DNA from: Myxococcota bacterium
GTDB lineage: Bacteria; Myxococcota_A; Polyangia; Nannocystales; Nannocystaceae
Reading direction: 5' to 3'
NCBI GenBank assembly: GCA_039028615.1
Contig: JBCCHT010000026.1
Location: 128,001 to 192,000, forward strand
Length of the DNA: 64,000 nucleotides
Shown: positions 57,195 through 64,000 of the stretch, piece after piece
How the letters are laid out: every line of letters starts with the position of its first letter
How positions within the stretch are numbered: position 1 is the stretch's first letter
Position numbers and translations under genes: made by a program
The notes under the pieces: model-generated
What the model saw: only the letters and a program-made list of their open reading frames with translations
Databases searched by the model: none
Told to the model about the DNA's origin: nothing

Positions 57195-57881
57195 CTAGAG
57201 CACCCAGAAGGCGATCATCGCGAAGTGGGCAGCCAGGGCGGCGATGACGAGGGCGTGGAAGACCTCGTGGTAGCCGAAGATGCCCGGGCGGGGGTTCGGG
57301 CGCTGCATGGCGTAGATGACCGCCCCGATGGTGTACAGCGCTCCGCCCAGCAGCAGCATGGTCATGCCGCCCGCGCCCAGGACCTCGGCGAAGTCGCCCA
57401 TGAGCGGGAGCGTGACCCAGCCCGCCGCCAGGTAGGACCCGGTACGAATCCACTTGGGCGCCCGGGTCCAGAACAAGTTGACGGCCATGCCGCTGGCGGC
57501 CACCGCATAGGTGGCGATGAACATGCCCTCGAGGCCCCGGTCCTTGAGGGGGATCATGAAGATCGGCGTGCAGGTGCCCATGATCAGCACGAAGATCATC
57601 GCGTGATCGAGGCGGCGAATCCGGGGGTACCAGGTGGGAGACCAGGTGACGCGGTGGTACAGCGCGCTCGTACCCAAAAGCCCGGTGACGCTCGCTCCGA
57701 AGACCAAGGCGGCCAGGCTGGCGCCGCCCAGGTTGCTCAGCACGAGTAGGATGCCCGCGATGAGCGAGACGAAGAAGGCATAAAAATGCAGCACCCCGCG
57801 GTAGGTGGGGCGCTCATCGATGACCGCAACCGACACTGCGCCGCCACGGTACACCGAGCGATCGATCGCGACTGTCACCAT
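57195..57881 (-). CDS. Hemolysin III/PAQR family membrane protein
   Basis: SALYHR, RRLDHAMIF, GGALYTIGA, GYHEVFH. Confidence 0.92.
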   Translation of the reverse strand: MVTVAIDRSVYRGGAVSVAVIDERPTYRGVLHFYAFFVSLIAGILLVLSNLGGASLAALVFGASVTGLLGTSALYHRVTWSPTWYPRIRRLDHAMIFVLIMGTCTPIFMIPLKDRGLEGMFIATYAVAASGMAVNLFWTRAPKWIRTGSYLAAGWVTLPLMGDFAEVLGAGGMTMLLLGGALYTIGAVIYAMQRPNPRPGIFGYHEVFHALVIAALAAHFAMIAFWVL

Positions 57882-57943
57882 CCGGTCACCGTTCGGTCTG
57901 AGTTGATGTGCTGCCGATCTCCGAACGTGGCAGGATGTCGCAG

Positions 57944-58498
57944 ATGGCGCAGGGCTCCACAATCGTCAGCTTCGATGTCGCGCTCTCGGACATCGATCGG
58001 CAGGTCTACGAGACCCTCTCGTTCAAGGTCGCCCGGCATCCCTCGGAGACCCCGTTGTTTTTGGTGACCCGGGTGATGGCCTTTGCGCTGGAGTGGACCG
58101 AGGGGCTCGCGTTTGCGCCCGATCTGTCGACGGCGGACACGCCCGCGCTGTGGGCTCACGACGCCACGGGGCTGCTGCGCGCGTGGATCGAGGTGGGTAC
58201 GCCCGATGCGGCCCGTTTGCACCGGGCGCGCAAGGCCTGCGAGCGGGTGGCCGTGTATTGCCATCGCAACGTCGACACGTGGCTGCGCGGGCTCGCCGGG
58301 CAGACGGCGCACGCCCGGGACTCGATCGTCTTGCGGCAGTTCGAGCCCGAGTTCATCGCGGCGGTGATCGAGCGGCTGGAGCGACGCAATACCTGGTCGC
58401 TGTCGGTCACCGAGGGAGCGTTGTATCTCGACATCGAGCGCGGCGAAGGCAACGAGTCGCTCCAGGGGCGCGTCGAAGCGCTGGCCTGGCCAGACTGA
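57944..58498 (+). CDS. yaeQ: YaeQ family protein
   Basis: LSDIDR, ARHPSET, PALW, WIEVGTPD. Confidence 0.9.
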   Translation: MAQGSTIVSFDVALSDIDRQVYETLSFKVARHPSETPLFLVTRVMAFALEWTEGLAFAPDLSTADTPALWAHDATGLLRAWIEVGTPDAARLHRARKACERVAVYCHRNVDTWLRGLAGQTAHARDSIVLRQFEPEFIAAVIERLERRNTWSLSVTEGALYLDIERGEGNESLQGRVEALAWPD

Positions 58499-58501
58499 GT
58501 T

Positions 58502-59017
58502 CTAGCGATAGGGCTGGTGACGGATCTGGCCGAGGGTCTTTTCCAGAGCGTCGATCTCGGCCAGCAGTCGTCGTTGCCAGGGCTCGGCCTCACCCACCGG
58601 TTCGAGCGCGGCGATGAGGCGATCGAGGGAGAAGCCGGCCTCGGCCAGGTCGCGGCGGTCGTCGGCCTCGACCCCGGCGATCGCCTGGTGCACCTGGATG
58701 AACATGCGGCGGCCCGGGCCCACCCCGTCGCCGCCGCGGGGCGTGCGGTTCCAGTGCACGCCCACCATGCTCGCGCCGAGGTCCCCGCCCTCGTGGATCA
58801 GCGAGGCCCCCGGAGGAGCACACAGCAGCATGTCCTCGGCGGTGAGATCGCGGGTCGCGGCCCGGATGCCTTGCAGCGAGCGCAGCAGCGGGTAGAGGCG
58901 ATCGTTCAGCGGCGACGGGGGCAGAGCCAGGGGCGCGGGCGCTGGTCGGTTGCGCTCGCGGACCCACATCCCGAACGCGAACAGCATGCCTCCCGCGCCG
59001 ATCAGCCAGCCGATCAC
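58502..59017 (-). CDS. Hypothetical protein with N-terminal TM
   Basis: MIGWLIGAGGMLFAFGMW; fills the gap between flanking genes. Confidence 0.6.
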   Translation of the reverse strand: MIGWLIGAGGMLFAFGMWVRERNRPAPAPLALPPSPLNDRLYPLLRSLQGIRAATRDLTAEDMLLCAPPGASLIHEGGDLGASMVGVHWNRTPRGGDGVGPGRRMFIQVHQAIAGVEADDRRDLAEAGFSLDRLIAALEPVGEAEPWQRRLLAEIDALEKTLGQIRHQPYR

Positions 59018-59050
59018 GGGGCAGACGATAGCGGGAGCGACGAGGTTCGC

Positions 59051-59866
59051 TCAACCGAGGACGTCGGCGGCCTGCCCCTGCACCAATCCGCGGAAGAACT
59101 GCGCGCCCGCGTCGTTGGCGGGGAAGATCAGCTCGACCCGAAGCTCGCTGATGGTGATCTCCCGCGCATGCTGGAAGCGCATCACGGTGGTGAAGGTGGA
59201 GATGCGCTGGTCGCCGATGCGAAAGCGGGCGCAGACCACGGGCGACTCGGCGTCGCTGGCGAGGCCCCGGGGGCGGGGCACGTCCTTCATGTGGGCGAGG
59301 ATGCGATCGGTCAGCTCGGTGAGGCGGGGGTTGTTGGCCCGCGCCGCCTCGTGCCGACGACCATCCGCCACCGTCCACGCGACCTCGGCCCAGTTTTCGA
59401 TCATGGTGCGCATGGGACCCGGACCAAAGAACTCGTCGATGGATTGCTCGGGGGACTTGTCTTCGGCACCGGGCATCAGCGCCCGAAAGCAGGCGTTGGT
59501 CATCTTCACCGTGCCGAGGCCATCGAGCGCGCAGCCGGGGTAGGGGTGATGGTGCTCGAGGATCGCCTCGACCGCGGTCTTGAACGGGCGCAGCTGCTGT
59601 TCGTCGAGGTCGCGCTGGGCGAAGGCTGGCGGCAGGCCGGCGGAGGTGAGCAGGTCGTTGCGATCGCGAACGGGCAGGTCCATGCACTCCGCCAGCCGCA
59701 GCACGAGCTCTCGCCCGGGTCGCGAGCGCCCCGTCTCGATGAACGACATGTGCCGGGGCGTGGTCTCGGCCAGGGTGGCGAGCTGGAGCTGACTCAGCCC
59801 GCGCTGGCGCCTCCACGTTCGAAGCTGCTGTCCGAAGAGGCTCCGCGGGGGCTCGGTCCGTGCCAT
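59051..59866 (-). CDS. XRE-family HTH regulator with MmyB-like ligand-binding domain
   Basis: LRTWRRQRGLSQLQLA...HMSFIETGRSRP, HHPYPG, ELRVELIFP. Confidence 0.9.
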   Translation of the reverse strand: MARTEPPRSLFGQQLRTWRRQRGLSQLQLATLAETTPRHMSFIETGRSRPGRELVLRLAECMDLPVRDRNDLLTSAGLPPAFAQRDLDEQQLRPFKTAVEAILEHHHPYPGCALDGLGTVKMTNACFRALMPGAEDKSPEQSIDEFFGPGPMRTMIENWAEVAWTVADGRRHEAARANNPRLTELTDRILAHMKDVPRPRGLASDAESPVVCARFRIGDQRISTFTTVMRFQHAREITISELRVELIFPANDAGAQFFRGLVQGQAADVLG

Positions 59867-59952
59867 GGCCCACTCAGCGTAGCCACTGGGAGGGAAGGTC
59901 GGCACTTCCCTCCGCGGGAAGGGGCGAAAAACGGCGCCCAGATGGTCTGGGC

Positions 59953-60480
59953 TCAGTCGGCGCCGGGATCGACGACCACATCGGGCGCGGCCTGGCGTTC
60001 GGAGGCCGCTCGTGACACGCGAGGATCGGAGTCGCCCGTGGCTTCGTCGACGAGATCACCGAGTTCGCCTTCGAGGGGCAGCGCCCCGGAGCCGACGATC
60101 GCGGCGGCTCGCAACGATGGGTGCATCGCGGGGTCTTCGATGACCTCCACCAGCAACGAGCGCGTGGCTTCGCTGGCGTCGAAGCGCAGCAGCGACAGCG
60201 CGCGGACGCGAACGTTCATGCGCTCGTCGTGGGTCGCCAGGTGCCGCAGCGACTCGGCCGCGCCCGGCGTGCGGGCGAGTTCTTGCGGCGTGGGGAGGTC
60301 TTCGGTGTGGCGGGCGCGGAGGCGGACCCGCAGGGACTCGAGGCTCGCCGGATCGGTGGCGGAGTTAGACGCGGGCGGCTCCTCGGTGGCTGCCCGGGGA
60401 TCGGTGCTGGGCGCGGGCGACGTGGGCTCGGCACAAGCACCGAGCAGCAGCAGACAGGTGAGAAGAGCGAGGGGCTTCAT
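59953..60480 (-). CDS. HEAT-repeat lipoprotein
   Basis: LGAC lipobox; VRVRALSLL, LRAAAI, DSDPRVSRAA. Confidence 0.7.
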   Translation of the reverse strand: MKPLALLTCLLLLGACAEPTSPAPSTDPRAATEEPPASNSATDPASLESLRVRLRARHTEDLPTPQELARTPGAAESLRHLATHDERMNVRVRALSLLRFDASEATRSLLVEVIEDPAMHPSLRAAAIVGSGALPLEGELGDLVDEATGDSDPRVSRAASERQAAPDVVVDPGAD

Positions 60481-60484
60481 GGGT

Positions 60485-61621
60485 TCACCGAGCCGCGGCA
60501 CTGAGGCCGAGCAGTCGGCCTTGCCAGGGGCTGAGGTCGCGTTGGGGGAAGGACTCGGCCGCCACCCAGAACATGAGGTTCGTACCGTCGGGGCACTCCT
60601 CGGGGTCGAGCGTGCCGTCCCCGTTGGCGTCCATGGCGGTGGTGCACTGCGGCGTGTCTTCGAGGGGATCGTGGAAGTCGCCTTCGGCCTCGCTGGTGTG
60701 GGCCAGGCCGATCTGATGGCCAAACTCGTGGGCGACGGTCTCCGCGAGCCACGACGGTCGCAAGGCGCCGTTGCCATCGAGGTGCGCGTCGACGGCCACG
60801 AGCACGCCCGACGCGACGGTGCCCGGAACGCCGACCGGCCCGGGCAGCCCGGCCGCGATGCCCAGGGTGTCGGGCTCGTCCGAGAACGCCTGGATCAAGA
60901 ACACGGGCACGCGCTGGGTCTCGGCCGGGGCATACGAGGCCCGCAGCGCGTCGGCGTCTTCTCCCTCCGCGCTCACGAAGGGCGCACCCTGAGCCAGGGT
61001 ATCGGTCTGGATGTCGGCCGTGATCCCGGCCTCGGCCAGCACGGTGGTGATGTCCTGCGCGACTTGGTCGAGACCGAAGCCGTACAGACTGGTCGACCCG
61101 CTCGCCACCAGGGCCATGGTCAAGGTCTCTCCGGGGTCGCTGCGCCGCGAGACGAAGTGCATCGTGCCTTCGCGGCCGCCGAGGTCTCCGTCGGCCGTGG
61201 CTCGAATCTCCAGACACCCCGGCTCGAGCGCAGAACTCTCGTGGGTGGGAAACGCGATCGAACCTACCGGGTTGTAGGTATGAAAAAATGGGGGGGTCTC
61301 CCCCCACTCATCGGCGCCCAGGTCGATCAACATGCGGTGATCTTGGCGAGCCCAGCCCACCGCGGTCTGGGCCGTGCTCGACTCCACCACCACCAACAAT
61401 CCGGTGAGGTCTTCGGGGACTTGGAACAGAAGATCGTCGCCGCGCGAGGTGATGCCATCCGAGCGCCAGGCGATGGGCGCGGTGTCGGTGGCGACCTCGC
61501 CGGCGCGGCCCAGCACGGGGGCGCCGTCGCAGGATAGGGGGCCGCCGTCCGCACCAAAAACCGCGCGAGCGGGCTCGGGCCGGCATGCCGCGGTAGACGC
61601 AAGGACCAGCCCCACGAGCAT
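60485..61621 (-). CDS. Secreted zinc metalloprotease (metzincin)
   Basis: HEFGHQIGLAH (HExxHxxGxxH), NLM Met-turn, AAC lipobox. Confidence 0.85.
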   Translation of the reverse strand: MLVGLVLASTAACRPEPARAVFGADGGPLSCDGAPVLGRAGEVATDTAPIAWRSDGITSRGDDLLFQVPEDLTGLLVVVESSTAQTAVGWARQDHRMLIDLGADEWGETPPFFHTYNPVGSIAFPTHESSALEPGCLEIRATADGDLGGREGTMHFVSRRSDPGETLTMALVASGSTSLYGFGLDQVAQDITTVLAEAGITADIQTDTLAQGAPFVSAEGEDADALRASYAPAETQRVPVFLIQAFSDEPDTLGIAAGLPGPVGVPGTVASGVLVAVDAHLDGNGALRPSWLAETVAHEFGHQIGLAHTSEAEGDFHDPLEDTPQCTTAMDANGDGTLDPEECPDGTNLMFWVAAESFPQRDLSPWQGRLLGLSAAAR

Positions 61622-61785
61622 GGGGTGCCAATGCTGGCCGCGATGCACGTGTTTACCCGACGCGGTGGGTGCTCCCGGTCGTCGAATCGAGGGGCGCGCG
61701 AGCATCGACTCACGAGTCTACCCGCTCGACGCCGCAAAGTGGGTGCGGAGTAACAAACGCGATTACGATCGGCGATACTGTCGCG

Positions 61786-64000
61786 GTGCAGGATGTTCTG
61801 AGCGGATCGGCCTCCGATCCCTACCCGGAGACGGCTGCCCTCGGGAGCCGGACGCGGGGGCCCGAACTCGACGCGGGGCTCGGTACCGGCAGCAACCTCG
61901 GGCGCTATCTCGTGCTCGAGACCGTCGGTCACGGCGGTATGGGTCGCGTGCTGCGGGCCTACGATCCCAAGCTCCAGCGCGAGGTCGCGCTCAAGGTCGT
62001 CCGCCGAGAAGCGCTGGATGCCGATGCCCACGACCGCATGCTGCGGGAGGCGAGGGCGATGGCTCAGCTGTCGCATCCGAACGTGGTGGCGGTGCACGAC
62101 GTCGAAGAGTCGCCCTTCGGCCTGGTGCTGGTGATGGAGCTGGTGGTCGGCCAGACGCTGCGCAAGTGGACCAAGGAAAAGCCCCGCCCGTGGCCCGAGG
62201 TGGTGACGCAGTTCCGCCTCGCGGGGCTCGGGCTGGCGGCGGCGCACACCCAACGATTGCTGCACCGCGACTTCAAGCCATCCAATGTGCTGCTCTCGGG
62301 GCTGGGCGAGGTCAAGGTCACCGATTTCGGCCTGGCCAAGCTCGTCTCGAGCACGGGCACGAAGCACTCGGACGGCCTGGTGCCGATCCCGACCAACGAC
62401 TCGCTCGACGGCACGCTGACCCAGGCCGACATCGTATTGGGCACGCCGCGCTACATGGCGCCCGAGCAGCACCGCCGTGAAGTGCTGGGTCCCGCCGTCG
62501 ACCAGTACGCGCTATGCGTCTCGCTGTGGGAGGCGCTGGTGGGCAAGCCTCCGTTCCGGGTCAAGGGCTTCGATGCGCTGCTGGAGGCCAAGGAAGAGGG
62601 CGCGCCGCCCTGGCCGGCCGATGCGCCCTCGGTACCGCGTCCGATCGTCGAAGCCATTCGCCGTGGCCTGGCCGCGAACCCGCTCGAGCGCTGGCCGAGC
62701 ATCGATGCCCTGCTCGACGCCCTGAGCTACGACCCCGCGCGACAACGAACGCGATGGCTATTGGCCCTGGGAGGGCTGGCGTCCGTGGTGGCGGTGGCGG
62801 GCGGCGTCCAGTCCTGGGCGGCGGAGCGAGCCGAGCAATGCCAGGGGGCGCAGGCGCAGCTGCGAGAGGTCTGGGACCAGGCGCGCAAGGATGAAGTCCG
62901 GCAGGCGATCTTGGGCGTGGGGGCGGGCTACGCCGAGACGGCGTGGAACCACGCCGAGGTCGTGCTCGATGGCTACGCCGACGAGTGGGCGACCATGCAC
63001 GCCGACGCCTGCGAGGCCACCACGATCCGCGGCGAGCAGTCGGCCGCGGTCATGGACCTGCGCATGGGCTGCTTGTATCGGGCCAAGGTCGAGCTTTCGG
63101 CGGTGAGCTCGGTGCTGTCCAATGCCGACGCCGACGTCGTGCAAAAGACCCACGATCTCATCGACGGCCTGCCCGAGCTCTCCCGCTGTGCGGACATGGA
63201 GGCGCTGAGCGAGGAGGTCGAGCCGCCGCGACCCGAGGAAGCGGACGCGGTCGACGAAGTCCGAGTGCAGCTGGCCGCCAGCAAGGCAGAGCGTGAAGCC
63301 GGGCGTTTCAAGCGAGCGCAGCAGGAACTCGAGGTCGCCAAGGCGATGGTGACCACGCTCGAGTACGAGCCGATTCGCTCCGAGGTGAGCCTCGAAGAGG
63401 GGCATGTGCTCGACGAGCTGTCCGAGCACGAGTCCGCCGAGCAGGCGCTCGGCCGCGCGATGCGTCAGGCGGCGGCGCAGGGGCAGCGAGAGCTGCTGCG
63501 CGAGGCGGCGTCGATGTCGATCTTCGTGGTGGGGCAGCAGCTCAAGCGTCCCAAGGAAGCGCTGCGATATCGCGAGCTGGCCGAAGGGCTGGCCGAGGGT
63601 GACCCCAGCGCGGAGGCCGAGGTCCGCAGCTTCGTGGCGATGTCGCTCGAAGGCCAGGGCAAGTACGAGGAAGCGGAGCTCGAGCATCGGCGGGCGCTGG
63701 CGCAGCGAGAAGAGACCAAGGGCCCCGACGATGCGGCCGTGGCCAGCTCGCGGAACAACCTCGCCAACGCCCTGTATGCGCAGGGCAAGTACGAAGAATC
63801 GGAGCAGGTGCACCGACAGAACCTGGCGATCCGCGAGCGGGTGCTGGGTCCCGATCATCCTCGGGTGGCCAAGTCGCGGAACAACCTCGGCATCGTGCTG
63901 CAGACCCAGGGCAAGTACGAGGAGGCCGGGGTCGAGCACCGCAAGGCGCTCGAGGTGTGGGAAAAGACCCTCGAGCCCGGGCACCGCGACATCATCACCC
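61786..64000 (+). CDS. Ser/Thr kinase with TM and TPR repeats; runs off the window edge
   Basis: Manual translation: VGHGGMG, VALK, HRDFKPSN, DFGLA, GTPRYMAPEQ; TPRs SRNNLA and GPDHP. GTG start inferred. Confidence 0.92.
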   Translation, partial: MQDVLSGSASDPYPETAALGSRTRGPELDAGLGTGSNLGRYLVLETVGHGGMGRVLRAYDPKLQREVALKVVRREALDADAHDRMLREARAMAQLSHPNVVAVHDVEESPFGLVLVMELVVGQTLRKWTKEKPRPWPEVVTQFRLAGLGLAAAHTQRLLHRDFKPSNVLLSGLGEVKVTDFGLAKLVSSTGTKHSDGLVPIPTNDSLDGTLTQADIVLGTPRYMAPEQHRREVLGPAVDQYALCVSLWEALVGKPPFRVKGFDALLEAKEEGAPPWPADAPSVPRPIVEAIRRGLAANPLERWPSIDALLDALSYDPARQRTRWLLALGGLASVVAVAGGVQSWAAERAEQCQGAQAQLREVWDQARKDEVRQAILGVGAGYAETAWNHAEVVLDGYADEWATMHADACEATTIRGEQSAAVMDLRMGCLYRAKVELSAVSSVLSNADADVVQKTHDLIDGLPELSRCADMEALSEEVEPPRPEEADAVDEVRVQLAASKAEREAGRFKRAQQELEVAKAMVTTLEYEPIRSEVSLEEGHVLDELSEHESAEQALGRAMRQAAAQGQRELLREAASMSIFVVGQQLKRPKEALRYRELAEGLAEGDPSAEAEVRSFVAMSLEGQGKYEEAELEHRRALAQREETKGPDDAAVASSRNNLANALYAQGKYEESEQVHRQNLAIRERVLGPDHPRVAKSRNNLGIVLQTQGKYEEAGVEHRKALEVWEKTLEPGHRDIIT

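Noticed and set aside
58517..61537. 1006-aa plus-strand ORF
   Set aside because: Shadow spanning four recognisable minus-strand genes.
62758..63984. 408-aa minus-strand ORF
   Set aside because: Antisense to the TPR region of the terminal kinase.

Overview
GC-rich window whose gene content (several Ser/Thr kinase-TPR proteins, ECF sigma factors, a DUF1552/DUF1592 pair, Cys-rich lipoproteins) looks myxobacterial (Nannocystaceae/Haliangium-like; inference). About 20-64 kb is ordinary accessory or housekeeping content (tyrA, slyD, yaeQ, TetR/LysR/XRE regulators, SDRs, secreted lipoproteins). The notable part is a putative defence island at about 3.2-19.8 kb. A leftward operon encodes an Ada-type Zn finger, a caspase-family protease and a basic PD-(D/E)XK-like protein. 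A divergent operon encodes a Ser/Thr kinase, a 136-aa protein, an ECF sigma and a CHAT-TIR protease. These are followed by a convergent TIR-DUF4062-NACHT-FGE (NLR-like) gene and a translationally coupled pair ending in a TerB-like/AAA/HerA double ATPase. The gene set parallels the SAVED-CHAT/PCaspase protease cascade of Haliangium type III-B CRISPR. No CRISPR or SAVED is present here; TIR replaces SAVED and an NLR-like gene sits alongside, suggesting a CRISPR-independent, inflammasome-like protease cascade. No rRNA, tRNA, CRISPR array, transposase, integrase or reverse transcriptase was recognised. Domain calls come from motif reading by eye, not database searches; several start codons are my choice of an internal ATG/GTG.
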